Source of the DNA: Candidatus Bathyarchaeota archaeon
GTDB lineage: Archaea > Thermoproteota > Bathyarchaeia > Bathyarchaeales > Bathycorpusculaceae
Assembly: GCA_963782525.1 (NCBI GenBank)
Contig: CAWAKC010000001.1
Location: 512,001-576,000, forward strand
Reading direction: 5' to 3'
Length of the DNA stretch: 64,000 nt
Positions 28,858 through 39,207 of this stretch are shown here, in pieces (positions within the stretch are counted from its first letter, which is position 1; every line of letters starts with the position of its first letter). The translations under genes were made by a program, and so were the position numbers. Under the pieces are notes generated by a model. It was not told the origin of the DNA. It was given only the letters and a program-made list of their open reading frames with translations, and searched no databases.

Positions 28858-29058
28858 ATGCCAGATAACAAAGCTGCAGCCAAAAAAAAGAGAAAAATGG
28901 TCTACAGAACCGGCGAGAAATGTCCAGAATCGGGTCTTTGGGCGCATTTCTGCAATGAGAAAGGTGAAAAATCAAACATTCCCCTTTCAAAAAGTGAAAC
29001 TTTCCCACCGTGCAGAACTTGCGGTTCAGTTAAATGGACTCTTACGATGGCTGCTTAA
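28858..29058 (+). CDS. Small YjzC-like / Zn-ribbon protein
   Basis: YRTGEKCPESG.W...ETFPPC..C. Confidence 0.7.
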   Translation: MPDNKAAAKKKRKMVYRTGEKCPESGLWAHFCNEKGEKSNIPLSKSETFPPCRTCGSVKWTLTMAA

Positions 29059-29233
29059 GCAACGCAAGTCTATCTGAAATTTTGTGAAGCCATTTTTCGT
29101 TAAGCACAAGTTGGTAAAATCAAAAGAACCAATGCCCTTCAATTAAGCCTATTTATCTGAAAGGCGAAAGACGGAAAGACCACTCGAAAAGCAATTTATT
29201 CGTTACCAATAGAATAAAAGAAAAGTAAACAGG

Positions 29234-29395
29234 TTACTTTACTATTTCTCGTTTCTTCCAGCGCAGGTTCTTGCCCTTGCACTTTCTGCATTTTATCGCA
29301 GTTGCAGCGTTACGTGAGCCACAGTCTCTGCAGATCTTCATGTACAGGCGGTGTTCTTGCGCTATGGCTTTTTTTACTGGATCTAATATCGGCAT
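29234..29395 (-). CDS. rpl40e: 50S ribosomal protein L40e (absent from ORF track)
   Basis: Translated by hand: MPILDPVKKAIAQEHRLYMKICRDCGSRNAATAIKCRKCKGKNLRWKKREIVK. Confidence 0.96.
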   Translation of the reverse strand: MPILDPVKKAIAQEHRLYMKICRDCGSRNAATAIKCRKCKGKNLRWKKREIVK

Positions 29396-29494
29396 TTTAT
29401 TGTAAACCTTCCGTTTTGGCTAACTCTTTGATAGTTAAGTATCAAATATACCTTTTGTCTGAACTTGTAAATATTGCATTCAACACGAATAAAC

Positions 29495-29962
29495 CTACTT
29501 GATAACTTCAATCGTAACGTAAGAACGGGTATCCTCTATGCCGTCAATGCTGTAGAGTTTTTTTAAGATTTCATCGAGGTTTTCCCGTTCAACAATTATT
29601 AATGCGTCAACCTCACCTGCAATTCGGAAAGCTCTGGAAACAGCCAGTTCATGGATCTGCTCGTAAACCTGGATACGTTTGATGGGTGAAACCTTTAGTA
29701 GGATAAATGCGGGAGTTGTGGACACCCCAAGGGCGCTTAAGCCTTTTTCAGTAACGTCAATGAAGCCTCTTCCTGTGCGGATGTACCCACGGTTTTTCAG
29801 TTTACGCAGATGAACGTTTAATGCTTGCCTACTTACGCCAATCTGGCTAGATAATTCGTCTTGCTTCACTCTGAGAGTGTATGTGTTTGTGGATTTGCCT
29901 TTCTCGTAGAGAGTTTTTAAGAGTTGTATTGAACGTTTAGTTAATGGCTCCAAATTGGTCAC
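29495..29962 (-). CDS. Lrp/AsnC-family transcriptional regulator
   Basis: HTH QDELSSQIGVSRQALNVHL; C-terminal RIAGEVD...IDGIEDTRSYV. Confidence 0.85.
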   Translation of the reverse strand: MTNLEPLTKRSIQLLKTLYEKGKSTNTYTLRVKQDELSSQIGVSRQALNVHLRKLKNRGYIRTGRGFIDVTEKGLSALGVSTTPAFILLKVSPIKRIQVYEQIHELAVSRAFRIAGEVDALIIVERENLDEILKKLYSIDGIEDTRSYVTIEVIK

Positions 29963-30301
29963 TTTTGTGTTGTTTTGTTAACTTAAACCTTTACAAATAG
30001 TTGCGTACTTCCTTAAGAAGCTGACTCTTAAAAACAGTAATTCGATTTCCGCCAAGAAGCAAAAAAGCCCAAATTTTTCAGTGCTGATTCATTTTCAAGG
30101 GTTCGTTTTCTCAGAGTATCTCTAAGGGGCATTCAGTATTTGTTTTCTCACCAGCCATCAATATGTTAAAAAAGCCTTAACTTTTACGAAAACGACCGAT
30201 TTCCCTTCCAGCAATAACACAAACTAAACACCACAACCTATTTATTTTGAAAAAAAGCTTAAGTCAAGCCACTTAAAAGTAAACTAGGAGTGAAGCGGAT
30301 C

Positions 30302-30592
30302 GTGACGGAAAACGGCAGCGCAGTCTTAATCGGCAAAAAACCAATAATGAACTATGTCCTTGCATGCATTACATTCTTTCACGGCGGAGCAAAAGAAGTC
30401 AGCATCAAAGCACGCGGTCGATCCATCAGCCGAGCAATCGATGTCGCCGAAGTTGTTAGACACAGATTCCTTCCAGACGCAAAAATAAAAAGCATAAGCA
30501 TCGGAACAGACAAGTTCCTACCACAAGATCAGGAAGATGGCGGCAACACGGCAACCAATGTGAGCACAATCGAAATAACGCTGACACGATAA
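30302..30592 (+). CDS. albA: DNA/RNA-binding protein Alba
   Basis: [33 protein letters not shown]. Confidence 0.96.
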   Translation: MTENGSAVLIGKKPIMNYVLACITFFHGGAKEVSIKARGRSISRAIDVAEVVRHRFLPDAKIKSISIGTDKFLPQDQEDGGNTATNVSTIEITLTR

Positions 30593-30639
30593 ATCACGCT
30601 TAAGCTAAACTCCTTCTTTGCAGGAAAAACGACACACAA

Positions 30640-31149
30640 ATGAAAACAGAACTATGCAGTTTCTGCTTAAAAAGCGGCATATTATGCCAAAAATGTTCAG
30701 CAAAAGTCAAAGCTGGTGAAATCAGCGACATAGATCTAAAAGTCGCTCGCATACTCCTCTCTATGGAAGAGAAGTATCCATCCCTGCAAAACGTCTGCTT
30801 CTACAAGGCTGTTGAGGTTGAAAAAACCTTGGCTATCCTCGTTGGACACGGAGATGTCCCTAAACTTTTGGGTTATGGCGGAAAAATCGTCAAAACCCTC
30901 GGTGATGAAACAGGCAAAAATGTACGCGTACTAGAACATGGTGTTGACGATCGCAAATTCCTCGAAGACCTCTTTGTACCCTTCAGCATCTTAACCATCA
31001 ACACCATCTGGCTTCCAGATGGAACAACTGAAACACGAGTAATCCTCAAGAGGAAACGTGGCGCACAACTACCCTTTGACCTTAAAGCATTAAAGGAAAT
31101 TGCCAGTAAAGTACGTAAAATGTCCTTACGCGTTGAAATCGCAGATTAA
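30640..31149 (+). CDS. Archaeal KH-domain NusA-like protein with N-terminal Cys motif
   Basis: C..C.KSGILC..C, LLGYGGK KH-like loop. Confidence 0.75.
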   Translation: MKTELCSFCLKSGILCQKCSAKVKAGEISDIDLKVARILLSMEEKYPSLQNVCFYKAVEVEKTLAILVGHGDVPKLLGYGGKIVKTLGDETGKNVRVLEHGVDDRKFLEDLFVPFSILTINTIWLPDGTTETRVILKRKRGAQLPFDLKALKEIASKVRKMSLRVEIAD

Positions 31150-31151
31150 GG

Positions 31152-32483
31152 TTGGCAACCAGCATGAACTTGGACTCTATAGGCGACTGGAATAGAACTC
31201 ACTATACTAGTCAGGTTATACCTGAAAGTGATGGTCAAGAAGTTACACTTTTTGGTTGGGTCCAAGACAGCCGCGACCTTGGTGGAATCCGCTTCATCAT
31301 TCTGCAGGACTGTGAAGGAACAATCCAGTTAACGATCCCAAAAAAGAGAATTGCTCCTGAAGTTTTAGCTAAATCAGATCTTTTGCAAAAAAGGTTCAGC
31401 CTCGGCGTTAAGGGCAGCGTTAAAAAAACCAACATGACGTCCAGAGGCATCGAAGTTATTCCAAGCGCCATTAAAATCTTCAACATCGCAACCGAACAAT
31501 TACCCATCGACATAACAGGCAAAACTCCAGCCCTAATTGAATCACGCTTGGATTCACGACCACTCGACCTAACTCAGGAACACAGCTTAGCCACTTTCAA
31601 AGTTCAACACACAGCGCTTGAGGCAATCCGCAGCTTCCTATTCGAGAAGAAATTTTTGGAGGTTCACACCCCAAGAATCATTGCATCGGCAACTGAAGGC
31701 GGCGCTGAACTCTTCAGTGTTGACTACTTCGGTCAAAAAGCCTACCTTGCACAGAGCCCACAACTCTACAAAGAAGAATTAACCCTCAGTTTTGAGAAGG
31801 TGTTCGAAGTTGGACCTTTCTTCCGAGCAGAAGAATCACATACAAGAAGACACCTAAGCGAATTCACGTCTGTAGACATTGAAGCGGCTTTTGCAAACGC
31901 CAACGACGTTATGGCGCTTCTTGAACAAGTCATCCACCACGCATGCACTGTTGTTAAGGAAAAATGCGCCAAGGAACTCTCGCTGCTCAAATACAACTTT
32001 GAGGTTCCCACCATCCCATTCAAGCGTTTAACCTACGACCAAGTACTCGAAGACCTAAAAGCGCAGGGCATAGTGATTCCATGGGGCGAAGATATTCCAA
32101 CTGAGGCTTTCAGAGTATTGGGCAAACTTTACCCACTTTTCTATTTCATAACTGACTGGCCCACACACGCCAAAGCATTCTACATTAAGCCACGAACAGA
32201 CAAACCAGAAATTTGTGAAGGCTTCGATTTGATGTGGCGCTACATCGAGTTGGTTTCAGGCGGCGAACGAATTGCCCAAAAAGACCAACTCGTTCAACGA
32301 CTACAAGAAAAAGGTCTCAACCCTGAATCGTTCAAGTGCCATCTTCAAGCCTACGATTACGGTATGCCACCTCACGCGGGATGGGGTCTGGGACTTGAGC
32401 GGTTAACCATGATTTTAACCGGAAACAAGAACATCAGAGAAGTAACCTTGTACCCAAGGGACAGGGTTAGATTAACACCCTAA
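31152..32483 (+). CDS. aspS: Aspartyl-tRNA synthetase (archaeal type)
   Basis: ATEGGAELF, LAQSPQLYK, FRAEES.TRRHL.EF, GMPPHAGWGLG.ERL. Confidence 0.96.
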   Translation: MATSMNLDSIGDWNRTHYTSQVIPESDGQEVTLFGWVQDSRDLGGIRFIILQDCEGTIQLTIPKKRIAPEVLAKSDLLQKRFSLGVKGSVKKTNMTSRGIEVIPSAIKIFNIATEQLPIDITGKTPALIESRLDSRPLDLTQEHSLATFKVQHTALEAIRSFLFEKKFLEVHTPRIIASATEGGAELFSVDYFGQKAYLAQSPQLYKEELTLSFEKVFEVGPFFRAEESHTRRHLSEFTSVDIEAAFANANDVMALLEQVIHHACTVVKEKCAKELSLLKYNFEVPTIPFKRLTYDQVLEDLKAQGIVIPWGEDIPTEAFRVLGKLYPLFYFITDWPTHAKAFYIKPRTDKPEICEGFDLMWRYIELVSGGERIAQKDQLVQRLQEKGLNPESFKCHLQAYDYGMPPHAGWGLGLERLTMILTGNKNIREVTLYPRDRVRLTP

Positions 32484-32718
32484 GACCTCTGCATAACCGC
32501 AGCCACTTATTTTCCTTTATTTTCAACATGTTGTTGGCTTGAAAAATCGTAAGTACAATCTACTCCTCTTAGGAAGAGCCCCCTCTATCATTTCTGAATA
32601 AAACAAGCAATTGGGACCGTAATAGTCTCGTAAAAACAGGGCCGCATTTTTTTAAAACCGCAACCGTTTAATAACAATACAATTAGAATTCTAACTACAC
32701 AATTAAGAGGGCATTCTT

Positions 32719-33762
32719 GTGTCCATAAACGAAAACTTAGAAAAACTTTCAAACGCCTGCGGAGTCACAGGCAGAGAAAACGAAGTCAAAGACCTAATGA
32801 TTCAACTCCTCAAACCGTACGCTGACGAAATCCAAGTAGATAAAATGGAAAATGTCATAGCCATCAAAAAAGGTAAAGCCAAAGCACCCAAAATCATGTT
32901 GGCAGCACACATGGACGAGGTTGGCTTGATGGTAAAAACCATCACAAAAGACGGTTTTCTGCAATTCTCAAAGATGGGCGGCATAGACGATCGCATCCTC
33001 CCGGCACAAAAAGTAGCCGTATACACAAAAAAAGGCATTTACCCAGGCATAATCGGTTCTAAACCGCCGCACATACAAAAAGAGGAGGAACGCAAAAAAA
33101 TCTTAACATACGACGATCTCTTCATCGATGTCGGCGCAGAAAACAAAGAAGACGCTGCAGCCATGGGCGTAGCAATCGGCGACCCAGTAGCCTTCGACGT
33201 AAAATACGTTAAACTAGGCAAAGACGCCGTAATCGGGAAAGCCTTCGACAATCGAGCAGGATGCATAACGATGGTTGAATCTCTCAAACGCCTCAAAAAA
33301 ACCGAGTGCACCGTCTGTGCCGTCGGGACTGTACAAGAAGAAGTTGGGTTACGAGGAGCAGCTACTGCAGCGTTTGGTGTTGACCCAGACCTCGCCATAG
33401 CCTTAGATGTCACAATCGCAGGCGATGTTCCAGGCGTAAGAGAATTCGACACTACCGTAAAGATGGGTAAAGGACCAGCCTTAACGATTTCTGACTCAGG
33501 ATTGATTACTCATCCAAAAGTTTTACGTTGGCTAATAGAAACGGCGGAAGAAGAAAAAATTCCGTTCCAGATTGAATCTGGTTTACTGGGTAGCACAGAC
33601 GCAGCAAGAATTTCCATGACACGCCAAGGAATCCCAAGCGGAAATATTTCAATAGCCACACGCTACATCCATAGCCCAGTCGGCATGCTTAGTATTAAAG
33701 ACATCGAAAACGGAGCGAAACTAACAGCTGCAGCAATCCAGAAAGCTACAAAATACTTTTAG
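32719..33762 (+). CDS. M42-family (TET) aminopeptidase
   Basis: AAHMDEVG, KAFDNR, TVQEEVGLRGA, RYIHSP. Confidence 0.95.
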   Translation: MSINENLEKLSNACGVTGRENEVKDLMIQLLKPYADEIQVDKMENVIAIKKGKAKAPKIMLAAHMDEVGLMVKTITKDGFLQFSKMGGIDDRILPAQKVAVYTKKGIYPGIIGSKPPHIQKEEERKKILTYDDLFIDVGAENKEDAAAMGVAIGDPVAFDVKYVKLGKDAVIGKAFDNRAGCITMVESLKRLKKTECTVCAVGTVQEEVGLRGAATAAFGVDPDLAIALDVTIAGDVPGVREFDTTVKMGKGPALTISDSGLITHPKVLRWLIETAEEEKIPFQIESGLLGSTDAARISMTRQGIPSGNISIATRYIHSPVGMLSIKDIENGAKLTAAAIQKATKYF

Positions 33763-33823
33763 TCCCAATTGTTTGCACAATTGTTTTAATTCTTCTCCCT
33801 TCTATCTTTAATGTTGATTTGGC

Positions 33824-34273
33824 ATGAGCAAACCTGACAAATTCGCTGGAAAATTTGATTTTTTGGAGCATACAGCAGACGTCTACGTTAGAGCACACGG
33901 GAAAACCATGGAGGAAGCCTACGAAAACGCCGCCCTGTCAATGTTTGAAACTATCACTGATACAGACAAAATTGCCCCTACTCAGGAAGATAGTCTTGAA
34001 GTTGAAGCCGAAGACCAATACGCTTTGCTCTATAATTGGTTAGAAGCGTTGCTTGTAAAATCTGAAACGTTGGACATGCTTTATTCAAAATTTCAAATAA
34101 TCGGCTGGAAAGAAACAGCAGAAAAATTTATGTTCAAAGCGAAAATTTGGGGAGAAAAATTTAACCCCCAAAAACACCCGCAGAAGGTCGCGGTTAAAGC
34201 AGTAACCTACCACCGAATGGTAATTATCCGTGAGATGGACCGGGTGATTTTGGAGTTTATTCTCGACATCTAA
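33824..34273 (+). CDS. Archease
   Basis: FLEHTAD, VKAVTYH, C-terminal LDI. Confidence 0.96.
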   Translation: MSKPDKFAGKFDFLEHTADVYVRAHGKTMEEAYENAALSMFETITDTDKIAPTQEDSLEVEAEDQYALLYNWLEALLVKSETLDMLYSKFQIIGWKETAEKFMFKAKIWGEKFNPQKHPQKVAVKAVTYHRMVIIREMDRVILEFILDI

Positions 34274-34935
34274 GCGAGCTTTAGCTTCTTTAGTTCGGAG
34301 AACAGTTTTTCAACCATGGGTTCTGGCGGTTGGTCGAGGGTTTTTGTTTCAAGCTCTATGAATGGAACTTTCTTTTCCTGGTAGAACGCTATCAGCGGAG
34401 TTGTTTGCTCTTCGTAGACTTTAAGTCTGTTCTTTACGGTTTCAGGGTTGTCATCTGAGCGCTGGTAGAGGGGGCCACCGCATTTGTCGCAGACACCTTC
34501 CACTTTGGGCTTTAGGAATTTCACGTTGTAGACCGTTCCGCAGTTTTTACAGATTCTGCGTGTGGATAAGCGTTCGATGATTATCCAGTCGGGAACGTCT
34601 AGCTGCATGATGACGTCGATTGGTGTTATGATATCGAGTTTCTTTGCTTGGTCAAGCGTGCGTGGGTAACCGTCGAGGATGAAGCCTTTTCCCTTAGAAA
34701 TCTTGGACAGATGCTGCTTTAACACTTCAACGACAACGTCGTCTGGGACTAACGCACCTTTTTCCATGTAACTCTTAACTTTCCGGGCAAGATCGGAGTT
34801 TTCCTTGATTAATTCACGGAAAATATCTCCCATAGAAATAACGTCAACGCCAAGTTTAGCCTGAAGCCGAGAGGCGTAAGTGCCTTTTCCTGCGCCTGGA
34901 GCCCCAAAGATAATCGCTTTCAACAAAGATTTCAC
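34270..34935 (-). CDS. adk: Adenylate kinase (long, Zn-lid type)
   Basis: GAPGAGKGT, GFILDGYPR, lid CKNCG...CDKCG, RSDD. Confidence 0.96.
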   Translation of the reverse strand: MKSLLKAIIFGAPGAGKGTYASRLQAKLGVDVISMGDIFRELIKENSDLARKVKSYMEKGALVPDDVVVEVLKQHLSKISKGKGFILDGYPRTLDQAKKLDIITPIDVIMQLDVPDWIIIERLSTRRICKNCGTVYNVKFLKPKVEGVCDKCGGPLYQRSDDNPETVKNRLKVYEEQTTPLIAFYQEKKVPFIELETKTLDQPPEPMVEKLFSELKKLKLA

Positions 34936-35038
34936 CTGTGTCTCTTCTGATACAAGCGCAATCTATAATTAAATTTTGTGCCTGCCCGATTTTCAAGGAA
35001 ATATTTATGCTACAATCTTTAAACAAGAATGTGTAAAG

Positions 35039-35959
35039 GTGCAAGGTTTGAATACCAAAGAAATCGGGAAAAATCTTTTCATGGTTGATCTGGAAACGGG
35101 AGGTTTCAAAAACCTAATTTGTAGCTACATTATATTGGGTAAAAAACCCTTTTTGGTCGAGGCAGGTCCAACAAATTCAATCCCAAACCTGCTTACTGGA
35201 TTGAAGGAGCTTGACGTGAAATTTGAGGATGTAGAGTACGTTGCTGTGACGCACGTGCACTTAGACCACGGCGGTGGGGTGGGCACGTTGCTGAAGTCTT
35301 TGCCAAACGCAAAAGTCATAGTTCATCCTCGGGGCATGCCGCACCTCGTCGACCCCCAGCGCCTTTGGCTCTCTGCTCAGACAGTTTTGGGGTTTGTCAG
35401 CGAAATCTTCGGCAAACCAGAACCAGCCCCAAAAGACCGAGTAATCCCGATGACTGAAGGCTCTTTTGACTTAGGCTTTGGAGCAAAATTGTCGGTTACA
35501 GAAACGGTTGGGCACGCTTCACACAACCTGAGTTTCCAAGAAACCTTCAATGGCGGCGTTTTCCCTGGCGACGCTGCAGGCACTTATCTCCCAGAGTTCG
35601 ACGTAGTAGTTCCGACCACGCCTCCCCCGTTCTATCTGGATTCAGCCTTGGCGTCTCTGGATAAACTCGTCAGTCTAAACCCAACTGTGCTTTACTTTAG
35701 CCATTTTGGAAAAGCCACTTACGCAGTACAGAGGCTCAAGGACTATAAGATTCAACTTCAGCTTTGGGCAGACATAGCTGAGGATGGCGTTAAGAAGAAT
35801 CAGAGTTTAGAGGAAATTCGCGACCGCATAGTTGCCGAAGACAAAGTAATGAACCGAATTGTTGGTTTCGTAAAAGCGCATCGAATCTACTCTAAAACCA
35901 TGCTGGAAAATTGTGTCTTGGGCTTTATCGGATACGCCAAACAAAAGCAGATCTCATAA
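35039..35959 (+). CDS. Metallo-beta-lactamase-fold hydrolase
   Basis: THVHLDHGGG, GHASH, GDAAG, FSHFG; start codon uncertain. Confidence 0.9.
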   Translation: MQGLNTKEIGKNLFMVDLETGGFKNLICSYIILGKKPFLVEAGPTNSIPNLLTGLKELDVKFEDVEYVAVTHVHLDHGGGVGTLLKSLPNAKVIVHPRGMPHLVDPQRLWLSAQTVLGFVSEIFGKPEPAPKDRVIPMTEGSFDLGFGAKLSVTETVGHASHNLSFQETFNGGVFPGDAAGTYLPEFDVVVPTTPPPFYLDSALASLDKLVSLNPTVLYFSHFGKATYAVQRLKDYKIQLQLWADIAEDGVKKNQSLEEIRDRIVAEDKVMNRIVGFVKAHRIYSKTMLENCVLGFIGYAKQKQIS

Positions 35960-36004
35960 ACGTTTTATAGTCTCATCCATCTTTTGTGTTCAACGGTGAA
36001 AGTT

Positions 36005-37477
36005 TTGGGTGAAAGTAGAGCGGCTTCCGAGCGAGTTCCGTTAGAGAAAGTTAACGATTACATGTGGCAGATTCCCAAGTACAAGCCTGAGATGCGTGTT
36101 CCAGGCATGGTTTTTGCTAACCAAGCTCTTCTTGAGAAAATGCAGACAGACCGCACGCTTTGGCAATGTTCAAACGTGGCTCAGTTGCCTGGCATCTACA
36201 AACATGCAATTACGCTTCCAGATGGACATGAAGGATATGGCTTTCCAATAGGCGGCGTTGCAGCAACAGACTATGAAAACGGAGTAATCAGCCCCGGCGG
36301 CGTCGGCTACGACATTAACTGTGGCGTTCGCCTGCTGTCAACAACTCTTACAGAAAAGGATGTTCGACCCAAACTCGCGCCCTTAGCCGAAACTATCTTC
36401 CGAAACGTCCCATCTGGACTGGGAAGCCATAGAAAAGACCTCACCATCTCCAGCCGCGACCTTGAGAAGCTGGCGACTGAGGGAGTGCAATGGCTCATTG
36501 ACCGGGGATTAGGATGGGCAGAAGACGCAAAGCACTGCGAAGAAAATGGGCATATGGCTAACGCTAATCCAGACAAGGTTTCAAACACCGCTAAAAGTCG
36601 AGGATTAACTCAAATCGGCACGTTGGGCTCAGGTAATCATTTTTTGGAAATCCAGAAAGTCGACAAAATCTTTAATGTGAAAACTGCTAAAGCCTTCGGG
36701 ATTACGCATGAGGGTCAAGTTACGATTATGATTCATTGCGGTTCAAGGGGGTATGGTCACCAAGTCTGCTCCGACTATCTCCGCGTTATGGAGCATGCGG
36801 TGCAAAAATACAAAATCTCCCTGCCCGACCGAGAATTAGCCTGCGCCCCCGGAAACAGCAGTGAAGCCAAAGATTACATTGAAGCGATGGCTTGCGCCGT
36901 CAACTACGCTTTTTGTAATCGGCAGGCGATTATGCATTGGGTTCGCCAGAGTTTCCAGCAGGTTTACGGTCAGGACCCAGAGAAATTCGGCTTGAACCTC
37001 GTCTACGATGTTGCCCACAACATCGCTAAAGTCGAAACCCACAACATCGATGGCGTCCAAAAGAAGGTTTGGGTTCACCGTAAAGGAGCCACACGTGCTT
37101 TCCCAGCGGGTCACCCCGACGTTCCCGACGATTACCGCAGCGAAGGACAACCGGTTCTAATTCCAGGCAGCATGGGCACGAGCTCTTGGGTATTGGTGGG
37201 TTCGCAGAAGGCGATGGATCTAACTTTCGGTTCCACAGCTCATGGTGCAGGCAGGATGATGAGTCGCTCAGCAGCTAAGCGGCAGTACTGGGGTAACGAC
37301 ATAAAGAATAGTCTGGAGAAGCGGGGCATTGTGGTTCGCGCCGCGAGTGCATCGGTATTAGCTGAGGAAGCTGACCCAGCCTACAAGAACGTGGACGTAG
37401 TTGCTGATGTCAGCGATAAAGTCGGGATTGCAACTAAAGTCGCTCGGTTAGTTCCGTTGGCGGTCGTGAAGGGCTAA
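36005..37477 (+). CDS. rtcB: RNA-splicing ligase RtcB
   Basis: PDGHEGYGFPIGG, DINCG, GSGNHFLE, HRKGAT, HGAGR; no intein visible. Confidence 0.98.
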   Translation: MGESRAASERVPLEKVNDYMWQIPKYKPEMRVPGMVFANQALLEKMQTDRTLWQCSNVAQLPGIYKHAITLPDGHEGYGFPIGGVAATDYENGVISPGGVGYDINCGVRLLSTTLTEKDVRPKLAPLAETIFRNVPSGLGSHRKDLTISSRDLEKLATEGVQWLIDRGLGWAEDAKHCEENGHMANANPDKVSNTAKSRGLTQIGTLGSGNHFLEIQKVDKIFNVKTAKAFGITHEGQVTIMIHCGSRGYGHQVCSDYLRVMEHAVQKYKISLPDRELACAPGNSSEAKDYIEAMACAVNYAFCNRQAIMHWVRQSFQQVYGQDPEKFGLNLVYDVAHNIAKVETHNIDGVQKKVWVHRKGATRAFPAGHPDVPDDYRSEGQPVLIPGSMGTSSWVLVGSQKAMDLTFGSTAHGAGRMMSRSAAKRQYWGNDIKNSLEKRGIVVRAASASVLAEEADPAYKNVDVVADVSDKVGIATKVARLVPLAVVKG

Positions 37478-37594
37478 GCCCATTGTTTTGTTAATGGGAA
37501 TGATGTTTTGGGCTTTCTGCTCCTTTTTCTTGTTTTTGTTGGGTTTGATTTGGGTAATCGTATATTTACGGCAAATCAAAGTCAGTAGAAAACA

Positions 37595-39157
37595 GTGAAT
37601 TGCAAGCAGGAACGGCGTTTGGGAAAGAATCAAATTAGGCTAAGGTACAGCGGGTTCGTAGTTTTCACAACCCAGTTGCTAGGCGTCATTACTGGCCTAA
37701 TTTTTACGCTCCTCCTCACCCGTAGCATGACTGCCCAACAGTTTGGTATATGGACAAACATCTTCGATTACATCCCCTACTTCATACTATTCAGCGGCAT
37801 CCTACCATTTTGGGTCACAAGGTTTACTGCAAGAAAGAAAGCGGGAACCGTAAAAACCAGCGTTTTCGGCGAATTAACAATTGCCCTGGCATCCATGATA
37901 GTCTATCTGCCTGCGATTTTCTTGATTTCAAACGCCATCGGAACCACCGCCTACCTGCCCATCTATCTTATCGCAGGTCTCTCAATCTTGACCTCATATA
38001 TGGTTATTATATTTGAGTCAATTCTACAAGCCACCGAACCACAAGCAACTGGCTACGGTTTTATCATCCAAGAAATAGTCAAAGTCGCCGTAGCTTTAAT
38101 TGTAATCTTAGTTTTTAAGCAAATCTTTCTCGGCGCGATATTAGCGTTGGTCCTTGCTCCAGCCGTGCAAGTCCTTTATTATGGTTATCTCTTGTCTGAT
38201 TACTTGAAGGAAAAAGCAAATTGGGGCTACTTAAAAGAGTGGCTTAAGGGTTCACCAGCCATCCTCTACAACGCCATCGGCGGCCAGTTGCTGTCGTTTT
38301 TCCTTATCTTGCTCTTCTTGTATGGCGGGGCAGAAGCCCGAGCATACTACCAAGCTGCCTTGAGCTTTACCACCATAGTGGGGTATGCTTCATCACTAGC
38401 AGTCGCGGTTTATCCGAAACTTTTAGCTAACTCTTGCTCAGAAGAAGAGGTTGGCGTGTCCTTTAGGACAGTTTTGATGTTGGCAATCCCACTTGCTACC
38501 CTAACGATGATTATGGCTGCCTCGTTTTTGACTGTCCTAAACATATCCTATACCGTTGCTTGGCCTGTCTTGGTTGCTTTAACGGTTGATACATTAATCG
38601 TTTTAGTATACAATTTCCATTCTTCTTGTCTTATGGGTGTAGAAGCCTTCGACGCTGAAGGAAGAATTTCCCTACGTAAACTCGTCAAGAGCAAAATCTT
38701 CAAACTATTCAGCATTCCCTACATTCAAGCTGCAGTCGTGCTGCCCGTAACCTATTATGTTCTAACTCAATTTCCACTAGCTAATCCTGTGGAGGCAACA
38801 GTTGGAGTAGTGGCAATACTCATCGGTGTCCATCTTGGAACCTTCATCGGACTAAAAATCTTCATGCGAAACATAATACACATACCGATCGCTTGGAAAA
38901 GCATAACCAAATACGTTCTAGCTGCTTTACTGATGGCTATTGTTCTCTACCTTATTCCAGCCACAACAACACTGTTAACGACAATTTCTAAAACGGTCGT
39001 GGGCTTTGCGCTCTACGTGGGCCTATTGTTGCTAATCGATGCACAAGCTAGGGGTCTTTTACTGTTGATTTGGAAAGAAATTTCTGTCACCCTAAAACAG
39101 TTAATCCATCGGGCAGACGTCTTAGGCGAACCCAGTTTCGGAACAAGTGAAAATTAA
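37595..39157 (+). CDS. MOP-superfamily flippase-like polytopic membrane protein
   Basis: About 14 hydrophobic helices; polysaccharide-exporter-like N-terminus. Confidence 0.7.
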   Translation: MNCKQERRLGKNQIRLRYSGFVVFTTQLLGVITGLIFTLLLTRSMTAQQFGIWTNIFDYIPYFILFSGILPFWVTRFTARKKAGTVKTSVFGELTIALASMIVYLPAIFLISNAIGTTAYLPIYLIAGLSILTSYMVIIFESILQATEPQATGYGFIIQEIVKVAVALIVILVFKQIFLGAILALVLAPAVQVLYYGYLLSDYLKEKANWGYLKEWLKGSPAILYNAIGGQLLSFFLILLFLYGGAEARAYYQAALSFTTIVGYASSLAVAVYPKLLANSCSEEEVGVSFRTVLMLAIPLATLTMIMAASFLTVLNISYTVAWPVLVALTVDTLIVLVYNFHSSCLMGVEAFDAEGRISLRKLVKSKIFKLFSIPYIQAAVVLPVTYYVLTQFPLANPVEATVGVVAILIGVHLGTFIGLKIFMRNIIHIPIAWKSITKYVLAALLMAIVLYLIPATTTLLTTISKTVVGFALYVGLLLLIDAQARGLLLLIWKEISVTLKQLIHRADVLGEPSFGTSEN

Positions 39158-39207
39158 TATGTTTAAAAGTACACGCTTAGGTTAAGTGGTTTTAGGTTGA
39201 TTTAGCT

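Noticed and set aside
29302-29502. Plus-strand 66-aa ORF
   Set aside because: Antisense to rpl40e
30070-30165. Several CTGA motifs on the minus strand suggesting a second C/D sRNA
   Set aside because: No properly spaced C/C' boxes or terminal stem
33824-37477. Archease-RtcB proximity as a novel RNA repair system
   Set aside because: Well-known pairing; no intein or extra repair genes
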